From Octopus vulgaris (Eukaryota): a DNA stretch of 64,000 bases. Below, piece by piece: positions 52,261 through 64,000 of the stretch. Location of the stretch: contig OX597837.1 of assembly GCA_951406725.2 (NCBI GenBank), positions 28,210,001 through 28,274,000 of the forward strand, in the 5' to 3' direction. Numbering within the stretch: the first letter of the stretch is position 1; the number at the start of each line of letters is the position of its first letter. The notes beneath the pieces are model-generated. The model saw only the letters and a list, made by a program, of their open reading frames with translations, ran no database searches and was not told the DNA's origin. A program made the position numbers and the translations under genes.

Positions 52261-53893
52261 GCTATTTATGCTTAGTGAGGCTAAATCTGTCGAGTCTGTG
52301 AGTCTGTAAAGCACTTCTTTGTTGCAGTACCTCTTTGAAGCTAAATGGATGGAAGCACTCCGTCGGTTACGACGACGAGGGTTCCGGTTGATCCGAATCA
52401 ACGGAACAGCCTGCTCGTGAAATTAACGTGTAAGTGGCTGAGCACTCCACAGACACGTATACCCTTAACGTAGTTCTCGGGGATATTCAGCGTGACACAG
52501 AGAGTGACAAGGCCGGCCCCTTGAAATACAGGTACAACAGAAACAGGAAGTAAGAGAAAGTTGTGGTGAAAGAGTACAGCAGGGATCACCACCATCCCTG
52601 CCAGAGCCTCGTGGAGCTTTTTTAGGTGTTTTCGCTCAATAAATACTCACAACGCCCGGTCTGGGAATCGAAACCGCGATCCTATGACCGCGAGTCCGCT
52701 GCCCTAACCACTGGGCCATTGCGCCTCCACTAAATAACTCCTGTATTGCTGATAAGGTGCGCAAGGTAAGATCACTGACGTCACGTTGGCGCATTGCTTT
52801 GCTGGTTAACACAAAATTTGTTACTGTCAACTAAGATTCCAAAATAAAAGAACAAGAAACATTTTTATTTTCTAATGTGGGTCCTAGATAGGATTAAATA
52901 ATGTTCTAAGAGTGAGGGTCGAATTAATGGATTAGGATATATTATTGCCAAGAATCGTGTACAAGCGATCCAGTTTATAGCGACGGAACTACAAATAATT
53001 ATTTATAACTTTAGCGTAAGGTCAACATTTTCTGAGGAGATGCAACTCTTTTGTATCAACCCCATTGCTTGGCTGATACTTATTTTGTCGATTCCAAAAG
53101 GATGAAATGCAAAGTCGATCTCGGTTGATATTGAACTCAGAACGTTTGGAGTCGAAAGAAAAGCCGCTAAGTATTTTGTCCGACGTACAAACGATTATGC
53201 TAGCTCGCCGCTTTGTTTTTTCAAATTTTGGCAGGAGGACAGAAGTGTTGACGGCAGGGCTAAGTCGATTTCATTGAGTCCAGTATATGACTGGTACTTT
53301 ATCGATCCTGAAAGGATGAAGGGTATATTTGATCTCGATTCAATTTAAACTTAAAAAGTGAGCCGGAACAAATACCGCAATTTTTATTTTTCGATTCTGT
53401 AATGTTTCTGCCAAACAATTACTCTTAAAGTTATTTGTAGCATACGAACAAGGACTAAACTTTGGGGAGAGAAAATTGGTCGATGGAAGCGACCCCAGTA
53501 CTTATTCACGACGGGATTTAAACTTAAAATGTAAAGGGAGGGAATAAATACTGCAAAGCGTTTTGCTTGACACTCTCGTGATCAGAAGCTGAAAGACAAC
53601 GGTTTCAATTCTTATTATAACCACCATTGCCACCTAGGCCAGGAGAATGAAAGCATATGCCCTCTGAGTCAGTTGTAAAACAGCGTGGTAATCATTTTCA
53701 AGGACTCGTATCGGTGTGTTATTCATCGTTATGTCCAATGTTTGTCGGTATTAACCATCGTCTTCATCGTCATACATCGTTGTCATTGTCGTCAGCGTCA
53801 TTGTTACTATTTATAATAAGTCAGAACTGAGTGTACCTACTTAAGATCCTGCTAAAGACTGTACGCAAAGGAAAGAAATGTGCGAAAGTTAGA

Positions 53894-53932
<39 letters not shown>

Positions 53933-54084
53933 TAATAAAAGTGCTCTAATTTTGAGTGTGAAACTATACACAGATTTGACCAGCTACATTATTTTAGAAT
54001 ATATTTAACTGCTTATCATCTTCATGAGGTAACAGATAATATTTGAAATATATAAATATATTTGCAATATATTTTTTAATTTTT

Positions 54085-54141
<57 letters not shown>

Positions 54142-54244
54142 GTATTAATAATTTTTACTGTATCCCAGTCTTTATACGCTAGGCCACTTTGTGTTTTAAA
54201 TTGATCTTATTAATTAATATTCAATTTTTTTCACCCTTATTGTG

Positions 54245-54279
<35 letters not shown>

Positions 54280-54949
54280 CAAACAAATGGACCTCATTTG
54301 TTTGATGATGAGAAATCGGTAGTTCAATCGAGTTACCCGCTCCTAAATAAACGTGTAAGTAGCAAAGCATATTCTAGATAAAAATCAATGTGGTACAGTA
54401 ACGAAGCTGTACCTTTTTGAATTACAGGCAATCCACCCGAAATGTTTCTGCACAGTTTCCGACTACCCAATCTTAATCACCAGGTATAGTCAGTCGACTC
54501 AGTATTATGGAAACAGTATTTCCTTAAAATGTTATGCAGTGAAATTGAACCCGCAGCTTCGTGGTTGCGAAGCGAAATTCGGTAACCATTCAGCTATTGG
54601 GACCTTCGATTCACACCCCACAACCCAACACTTAGTTCTTATTTATTGTCTAGCTGGTCAAATCACGGTATTGTGCTGCTAAGATGTGTGGTCATGCACG
54701 ATCCAGGGATCATTAAGTGCAGTGCATCTACGCTACTTTATGAACGAGCGTGTGCATATTTTTATGTATGTGGCTTATATTTGTAAGTTCGTGAGCGCGT
54801 ATGTGCCCGTAATGAAATGTATAACTCAGCATGTTTGTGTCTCTGTGAGTGTATCTGTGTGTGTGTGTGTGTATGTGTGTGTGTGTGTGTGTATGATGTT
54901 AGATTCTCTTACATCGTTTGTCTCAATGTTTGTTCTCCTAATTATGTGC

Positions 54950-54996
<47 letters not shown>

Positions 54997-56072
54997 TTGA
55001 ATAAAGTTACAACATGGTCAAGTTTTCGCGTTTTTTTTTATTATTTCAAGGGGCCGGCCCCTTTTAAAAATACAATAATAAAAACCGTGAAAATCAGACC
55101 ATGTTGTAACTTTTTTCAACTGCTATTTTGTTCTATACACATTTACACAAATTCGGAATACGTATATATATATATATATATATATATACCGACACAAACA
55201 TATACATTGGTTTTCATGTACCAGATTGAAACTGACCATTTGCAAGGTCTGAAGATATATCCAACAGAATATGTACCAATATATGATTGGAACCTAGACT
55301 GGTAATTGCACAGGTTCTACCCTGGTGTGTTTCGGATTCAGAATGTAGAGAAGGTAGAATAATTTCCATAGTTATAATGTGAATCTATTGTAATCCACTG
55401 TATAACTCTGTGTTACCATATGCTAACGTCATAAATAAGTGGAAATGAACAAGATGTGATTGTATGTATGTGACAGAGTATGTACGTGCCCGTGTGATTG
55501 GATATGTGTGTATGTGTCTGTATTTTTTTTTTTCATAATTGAATTGCTATTTTATCACATTGAATGTACTAAACATAAATACAAACATAAAAAGAAAAAT
55601 AAATACAAATAAATATACAAAAGAAAACGAAAAATAAAAGAAACTTAAGAATGAAAATAAAACAAAAATAATTTATCTAAATTATAAAAAATAATCTATA
55701 AAATAAAATAAATAATTTCAGTTCCCCCATATGGTTGTAATTTACGAGATTTTGAAAATTCTAGAAATTTAAACTTAACTGAAGTATGTGGCATAGAGTA
55801 AAGAAGTTAATAACTGATCTTGCTAGCACTACGGTACGGTTTCATTTCCTGGTTGAAATTTATTCACTTCACTTACGCTTCTAATGAATCTCACCACAAA
55901 TCACTTAAGGCCTTTACTGACCCAAAGGAGGGCAGAAAATTCACTATATGTCACAGATGACTTGAAAGCCGCTGTGAGAAGCATGGAGTTCCTACATCCC
56001 TTCACTCATGCAGGGAAGCAGGATGTTCGAGTCTGTATCCCTTCATCATACCTTTTAATATTTAGTGAAATA

Positions 56073-56639
56073 TTGGGTTGTCCGGAAAGTTCGTGCTGAT
56101 TTATAGTAGCTTTCCTTTCGATTTATTTTAGAACATACTTGAGTCCGTAAAATAGGATTTGACTACACCTCTATTTACAATACAGTTTAAGCTATCTTTT
56201 TGTGGAAGAAGGTTTATGTTCCTATAACCTGTGTTAATTTTGTAACCCTTTAAAATGGAAGATAAGAAAGTTCATTTTCGGCACTTAATGTTTTGGGAAC
56301 CAGACAAAAATTGCTGCAGCTCGGCTGGGATATATTACCCCACCCTCCATATTCACCAGATATTGCTCCTTCGGATTTCCACTTACTCAGGTCTCTGCAG
56401 AATAGTCTTAATGATAAAAATTTCAATTCTTTGGATGACGCAAAGATATACCTTGATGAATTATTTGCCATGAAACCACCTCAATTCTGGGAAGAGGGTA
56501 TTTTCAAGTTAAAGGAAAGATGGAGACGCATTGTGCAACAAAATAGTTCATATTTGGTTGATTAAAAATGTAATGGCAAGTATTTATTGACCTTTTTCTT
56601 TCCTTTAAAAAACCTGCACGAACTTTCCGGATAACCCAA
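56073..56639 (+). mobile_element. Internally deleted mariner transposon
   Basis: TIRs ttgggttgtccggaaagttcgtgc / gcacgaactttccggataacccaa with TA at 56071-72 and 56640-41; transposase N-terminus MEDKKVHFRHLMFWE joined out of frame to C-terminus TRQKLLQLGWDILPHPPYSPDIAPSDFHLLRSLQNSL (mariner YSPDLAP motif). Confidence 0.92.
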
Positions 56640-56824
56640 TATTATCTATGATTTCTCTTGCAAATTCATAAAGCCTTTCTCTTTAAGTCTACACATCTTT
56701 GGGTAACAGTTAATAATTAATCATATTAATAGCTTCATTCCTAATCCCTGGACCATTCTAATCCTATTTTCTACTCCTCCTATTACCAAAACACTTTAAA
56801 ACCGTACGGGCTCAGCGCATTCCT

Positions 56825-56902
56825 TTAACCCTTTTGTTACCAGCCCGGCTGAAACCGGCTCTGGCTCTGAGTACAAATGTCTTGTTTTCAAAAGTTCTGA
56901 AT
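56825..56902 (+). mobile_element. Possible piggyBac-type terminus fragment
   Basis: TTAA|CCCTTT start typical of piggyBac ends; matching other end not found. Confidence 0.25.
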
Positions 56903-57703
56903 CAAGCTTGTCACCTTTCCCCACTCACATCCCAGCTATGTAAATTAATGCCACGGTTCACTGACGCATCTCACTGCTGCAGCAGTAGATAACACTATAA
57001 GAATCGAGGTTCTCATAAATTTGGTGCAGCGAATTTGAATCCTGTTATATTTATTACTCAAACAATAGTTGGTATCCTAGGTAAAGCTGCTTTACTTCTA
57101 TCAGGGGAGAAAGGCTCGGCAAAATCAACCTCGTCCTCCACCAAAATTACCATGCAGTCAATGTCATGACTCTTCTATGCAAGAATTGTTCCACAAAGTC
57201 ATCAACGCCATCATATAAAGGAAGCGTTCGGCAAAGAAGAAACTAGATTTTCGGATACAAGATAAAGCCGTTGACGTTTTAAGGCACCATGAGAATTTGC
57301 ATAATTCCTTAAGCACAGTCATTCAAAATGTAATAAAACTAGCAAAGATTAAACTAGAAAAACACTGAAGATAACATTGTCGATGTCTGGCTTTAAGCAT
57401 GTTGGAATTGCTAAAAGACAAAAATCCCGAAAAATTCGGTTTACACTATAAAGTGCCATGGCATAATGTCTGTCTCTGTTTTTCTCGGAAAAACAGAATC
57501 AAAATATGAATATTCTTTATGACTAAATTTCCTCTCTTTCTTTACTTTCAGTTTGACTATTTCAACCCCCCCAAATAAATAAAAATCTAGTAAAATAATA
57601 AATAATAAAAATTTTAAAAAATTAAAACAAAAATAAAATGTAACACAAAATATATTTAAAAACTGAAAAAATATGAAATAAAAATGCCTAAAATCTAAAA
57701 ATG

Positions 57704-57754
<51 letters not shown>

Positions 57755-58068
57755 CAAATCAAAGAAAATGAAATAATAATAATAATAATAATAATAATAG
57801 TAACGACAACATTGAAACAGACGGCAAAGAACTAATCAACAAGTTGAACAGTATTAACATTTTGAAAAAATAACAAGTGAAACGCACACAATATTACAGA
57901 GGAGAACAATATATAACAATAAATACTACTACTACTACTACTAGTGTTACTGTTGCTTACTAATATTAGTAGAAATACATTGTGAATAAGGGAAGAAAAT
58001 GAACACACGTGTGTCTGCTTGTATGTATAATTATAAAGTATATATGTGTGATTATGTATCTTATATGC

Positions 58069-58100
<32 letters not shown>

Positions 58101-58137
58101 ATATATTTTAGCATTTTCTATTTTGACTTGTTTTTTC

Positions 58138-58185
<48 letters not shown>

Positions 58186-58606
58186 GTATATATATGTATG
58201 TATGTATATATATGTATTGTATGTATATATATGTATGTATGTATATATATTTATATATGTATGTATATATATGTATGTATGTATGTATGTATATATATAT
58301 ATATATCTATATATATATATATATATATATGTGTGTATATAGTAAAGTGGATACTAATATAATTGTTGTCCGAAACGAAGAAAATTCAGCTAATTAAAAC
58401 TATTAATGACGAGGACAATAATTTTCTAAATGACTAATTCTGGTGAAATTGACAATGCAGACTTTACTTTACAAAAAAAACTTAGAATTAATTAAAAAGA
58501 GCCTAATTTTTAACAGTATAATAAATAAGTTGACGGATGCTTTTGATTTGGGTGTTATTTTTTTCCACCATTATTCTAACGTTAAATTGTACTTTTTGTC
58601 ATGTTG

Positions 58607-58640
<34 letters not shown>

Positions 58641-59701
58641 GTAATGATGATGATCGCGATCGCGAGGGTTTGAAGTTTGCTTTCAGTCAGTTTGTGGTGC
58701 ATTTAGTAATGGCAAAACAAGAATGGCAATAGCAAAAAAAAAAAAAGAAAAAAGCCTAAAAGCTTGTTGGAGCAAAACGAAGCGTTAATAAAAACGTGTT
58801 TCAAAACAACAGCAGCAGCAGCAGTAACAGCATTAATGCTAGTAGTAGCAGTAGCAACAGCAGCAAGAACAATAACAAGTTAATCAAATCATGACTAAAT
58901 ATAAAATAAATACGAAGCCAAACGAAATGTATTTGAAGAATACGGCACTTACGTGAACAATGTAAATATTTGTAAGCCATTTTTTTTTTATTTTCTGGTT
59001 GGCAGCTTTTGACAGATTTCATAGAATTTTCATGTTTTCCCTTTTTTTTTCTTAAAGAAATGTTTAGTTGCAGAAAAACGTGCAGTTTACCGAGCAGCGT
59101 TGACAGGGAATAATATAAGAATTTTACCATCTTTCTTGCTTTTTTCGATTTGTTTTTGTTTTTTTTTTTTAGTTTTAATTATTAATTTTTTTTCCAAATG
59201 TCATATTAATGCAAAAAGTTTCAAGATTCAGCGAAAAGAAAATAGTAAAACTTCAAAATGGCGATGACTGTGAGAACAAGAACAAATGGAAGAAAGAAAA
59301 AAGAAGACGAGGAAGAAGAGGAGGAGAAAAAGAAAATAGAAAAAAGTAAAGAAATGATAGGGAGAAAATAGGGGGGAAAGGGTGAAAAAGGTTGGGGGTT
59401 CAACAAAGAAAACCCAATACCAAACACTCAGTAAAACCTCAATGGGTTATCAAAAACAATTCTCAAAAAAAAAAACCTTCACCTGGAGTTCAACTTCAAT
59501 TACACTATGCTGACCATCGAGCTATCTATCTATTATTCTGTATATAAGTGATAATTTATCGAGCTATTTATTGAATTATCTATCGTTCTATCTGCCTATA
59601 TTTTTGCATACGACCTTATATAACATTTGTTCAATGTACGCAAAGTTTATTTTTACACATATACCTACACAAACGCGCGTATAAGTATACACACACACAT
59701 C

Positions 59702-59740
<39 letters not shown>

Positions 59741-60430
59741 ATTAAATGCATCTTTTAGTCGCTGTATTCACTTTACTGGTTATACGATTTCAGATTCATT
59801 ATGGAAAAATATAAAAATGTGATATTTTATGCCTTTCCAGAGATGATTACGTAAGCGAGAAAGGACTTTAGCTGAATTATCTCTCTCTATATATATACCT
59901 CCATCCATACATACATACATACATTCACACATATTTGTTTTATGATAGAATGTTAAAGAATATTCTTCGAAACACACTGTTTCGCATCCTGTAGTACACA
60001 AATGATAAAACGATATGAAAGTTCTTACAAAATGCTTCGTTCTATTATGATCTAAAGCCGAATAGTATTTTCTTTCACTTCTCTCTTGTATATAATAGAT
60101 TTGAAAATATTTAGCAATTTTATAGATATGACGAGTAACCTATCCCGAAGAACAATTATCACGCAATCATTTTCAGCGATGAAACCAGAAATAAGAAACT
60201 GATCCTTAAAAAGTTTCTCAGGATTTAGAGGTACCAATTTTCCCCTCTATCTTTCACTGTTTCTTTTTCTTTCGCATTTTATATTTCGATATCTCGTGCT
60301 TGTGATTAAATTTTCCGAGAGCTGCGACGTTGACATAATAGTTTAATATCAAAAAGATCCATACTTTTTTTTTTTAGTTTTATCAGTAAGGAACTTAAAG
60401 TAAACAGAATAGAAACACCTATATATATAT

Positions 60431-60476
<46 letters not shown>

Positions 60477-61342
60477 TTATTATACACAATCTCGAGTGTT
60501 GCTTCTCCTAAAACAAAAATAAAGTTCCTCTTGAGAACCATTATATGAGGAGGCCCTTAATACCACAACACTACATTTTTCTGATTTCTAAACAGAGATA
60601 AACTATGAAATATGTCCATATTTGGATAAAGACGGACGAAATGTCGCCAAGCATTTTGTCCGGCGTACTAACGATTCCGCTAATTCGCCGCCTTTATGAT
60701 AATAATAATAATAATAATAATCATAATAATAATAATTGTTATTATTATTGATATTATTATTGTTATTATTTTGGCACAAAGCCATCAATTTTGAAGGGAG
60801 GAGTAAGGCGATTATATTGGCCCGAGTACATAATCAGTACTTACTTTATCGATCCCGATTGATGAAAGGTATAGGTTGTTCCACGATGGACCTAATTTTT
60901 TAATTAGCGAAACTCTTGATGTATTTCTCACTATAAAATATGAGGATAATAAATAGTAAAAATAATAATAATAATAATAATAAATGCCAGTATTATTGTT
61001 GATACTTGTATCTATTTTTTCTATGCAAGTTTTTTTTTTATATGTATATATATATATATATATACCTGAATCCAGTTGAGAGGAAGGAAGGTAACAATTA
61101 TTTTCGTTTCAAGCATGGATCGTTTAGTTGTTAGTAAGCGAATTAAGATATTTAGCCGAAACAGTTGGAAAGAGGAGAAAAGTCTGGTGTTAATTTTGCG
61201 TTCCGAATAATATTATCATATTGTGTCTTGCAGTTACCATTAAAAAAAAAACATAGGAGAAAAAAAAACGACAAAAATAAAATGAAATTCAATAGGAGGG
61301 TAAGAATAATAAGATAAGACACTTTAATGATAATTATCTCAC

Positions 61343-61417
61343 CTGAGAACTCCGGCTGGATTAAGGGATTAAGGGTAGGATCAGTTGCTTACTACAACTG
61401 GATCAACAACCGCACCG
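61343..61417 (-). other. Candidate small exon (possible alternative terminal coding exon GAVVDPVVVSN*)
   Basis: Acceptor ttttattgttcacag|C at 61418/61417 and donor CAG|gtgaga at 61343/61342, plus an internal GTA|gtaagc donor. Read in the same phase as the 49707 exon (1 nt then codons), it gives GAVVDPVVVSN then TGA. Confidence 0.3.
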
Positions 61418-61511
61418 CTGTGAACAATAAAATACTTAAAACATTGACTTTTTTCAAATATATTTCCAATTGACTGTTTTTATGTAGGTGTTTGTTTAAT
61501 ATATGTGCAGT

Positions 61512-61554
<43 letters not shown>

Positions 61555-61594
61555 ATATGTGTATGCATGTATGTATTAGAAGACATATGAATAC

Positions 61595-61665
61595 ATATAT
61601 ATTATATATATAGACATATAATGTTATATATATTATATATATATATATAGACATATAATGTTATA

Positions 61666-61761
<96 letters not shown>

Positions 61762-61771
61762 CATAATATTA

Positions 61772-61822
<51 letters not shown>

Positions 61823-61849
61823 TATAATATTATATATATTATATATATA

Positions 61850-61892
<43 letters not shown>

Positions 61893-61925
61893 TATAATAT
61901 TATATATATTATATATATATATATT
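61595..61925. repeat. AT-rich compound minisatellite (agacatataatRttatatatatt(TA)n)
   Basis: About 5 copies of the anchor within (TA)n. Confidence 0.8.
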
Positions 61926-62417
61926 ACATACATGCATACACGATATATTATAGCACATACATGTGTGAGTGTATATATGTGTATGAAATATGTATGTGTC
62001 TGTGGTTGCTTTTTGCATGTATATTTTTATGAACATAAGTGCCAGAGACTTCCTCCATTTTGAAGTGTTGTATGCTTTGACTTGACAATAGTTCCTCCTG
62101 GATCGGTAATAATCATTCTCATTGATATCTCACTCACACACGCGCATCTAACACATATTTCATTCACTATGACTTGTATTTCACACAGTTTCGATAATCC
62201 CCCATCGATTTCATTAGTATCAACTCCCACCTCATCGACGCTCCCGACCCCCTTTTAAAAATCAGAGATAACAGCGTTATTACGGTTCATTATAGACTCA
62301 GTTAATTCCTAATTTTCGTGCTGAAATTGTTACTTGCAAATGAGGAAAAAAAAAGGAATGAAAAATAAAAGAACAAATGTAAAAAATACTTCGTAGAATT
62401 GTCAACATCATTTCTTA

Positions 62418-62454
<37 letters not shown>

Positions 62455-62827
62455 CCCATTTTTACACACGTGGATCAAGCACAATTTGACACACACTCAC
62501 ACACACACATATATATATATGTATAATATATATTTATATTATACATATATATATGTATAATATATATTTATATTATATATATATATAATATGTATATATA
62601 CGTATATAATATATATATAATATAAATTTATATATAATATATAATATAAATATATGAATATATATATATAATATAGATATATAATATAAATTTATACATA
62701 GTATAAATATATATATATATATATATAATATATATTTAATATAAATATATAATATATAATTATATATCTATATGTATATATAATAAAACTATATAATATA
62801 TATATATAATATATATAACAATATATA

Positions 62828-62871
<44 letters not shown>

Positions 62872-63198
62872 TGTGGGTGTGTGTGAGTGTGCGTACACGC
62901 ATGCACACATTTATTCAACACAAAATACTGACATAGATATACATGAACACACATACAGGCTCGCGCACTCGCATACACACAGGCACATCTATACTTGCAT
63001 ATGTACATATATAATATATACGTATATACATACGCATATAATATATAATGTATATACGTACATGTATGCGCCCAAACACATATAAGAGAACATTATTATA
63101 AATTCGATCTGTAGTGTGTTTGAAGTCAGATTAAATACAAGGATTGGTCCGAACGAAAATACACTTGAAAAGTGAAACAATTTGTGTGTTTGTGTGTG

Positions 63199-63253
<55 letters not shown>

Positions 63254-63799
63254 GATGTTGATGATTAATTAAATAGAAGTGTGTGTAAGAAGAAAGTAAT
63301 GCAGAGAGATGGGGATAGAAAGGGAAGTTTCATATAGAAAATGAAAGGTGGTAAAATGTAGAAGAGTATGGGTTCGTGTGTGTTGTAGGGAAGAGGAAAA
63401 TCGAACGTTTGGTTATCGACACTTTTTTTTGGGAGATATGGAAGTATTCATTTCAAGCAGTTTATAGATACATATTTACATTCATTCAAACATACACACA
63501 CTCGCGTGTGCATATGCATATATAGTACGCACGCATACATACATTTATATAAGAGAACAAATAGCGCATGGGATATATCTGTTCATATATAAAGCAAAGA
63601 CATACATACTCTCATATATAAACCGACTTTAGCGTAGTCAGAATATTTCGGTTTAACCTGGTGATTGTATTATATTATTTGCTATAAACGTTAATTAATT
63701 TACTAAAATAAATGTTATTCATAGAAATTCTACTGATTTTCCTGCCAACCCTTGTCCGATAGTCTATTCATACTTTGTTTTTTTCTCCCCCTACTTCAG

Positions 63800-63904
63800 C
63801 AAGTACGGCGATGTCTTTTTCACCGAAGAAATCCCTATAAGACACATACATGTCTGAAGTTGTTTCTCTTGCTGGTTCAAATTGTTGACATGATATTCAT
63901 TCAG
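63800..63904 (+). other. Candidate 105-nt plus-strand internal exon
   Basis: Strong polypyrimidine tract and acceptor (tttgtttttttctccccctacttcag|C) and donor CAG|gtaagg; length divisible by 3; phase-0 frame is open (QVRRCLFHRRNPYKTHTCLKLFLLLVQIVDMIFIQ) but no protein was recognised. Confidence 0.35.
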
Positions 63905-64000
63905 GTAAGGTTGATTTTTCCTCACTACACATTTCTAATTAGCTAATTAATGTTGTCTGCGTTAATAATACTAGCTTTCTTTGCATCACTGATATTGGTT

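Noticed and set aside
51732-52301. 189-aa plus-strand ORF
   Set aside because: No recognisable domain; better explained as the antisense of a decayed Tc1-like fragment.
59476-59521. Possible minus-strand mini-exon LDGQHSVIEVELQ
   Set aside because: No polypyrimidine tract at the acceptor; no independent support.
62027-62230. 67-aa minus-strand ORF
   Set aside because: No homology recognised and splice signals are poor.

Overview
AT-rich, microsatellite-dense eukaryotic genomic DNA. The repeat families resemble those of octopus/cephalopod genomes; this is inferred from the tRNA-headed SINE sequences and not confirmed. Most of the window is intergenic or intronic and holds three abundant SINE families (called A, B and C here), LINE relics (a CR1/L2-group reverse transcriptase; an RTE-like 3' end with three C2H2 fingers) and Tc1/mariner, pogo and Helentron-like non-autonomous DNA elements. 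One convincing protein-coding exon was found: a minus-strand terminal exon at 49458-49707 resembling ALP/Zasp PDZ-LIM proteins, followed by a probable long 3' UTR. Nearly all ORFs in the supplied track are artefacts of simple repeats or SINEs. The most notable signal is a set of type I hammerhead ribozyme motifs in short, mostly (TA)n-flanked Penelope-like/retrozyme-like units. These are two different hammerheads 129 nt apart (about 42.0-42.2 kb), a 210-nt tandem dimer with one hammerhead per unit (33.1-33.5 kb), and a near-perfect large palindrome carrying a hammerhead on each strand (33.9-34.3 kb). All calls were made by eye; no database search or folding computation was run.
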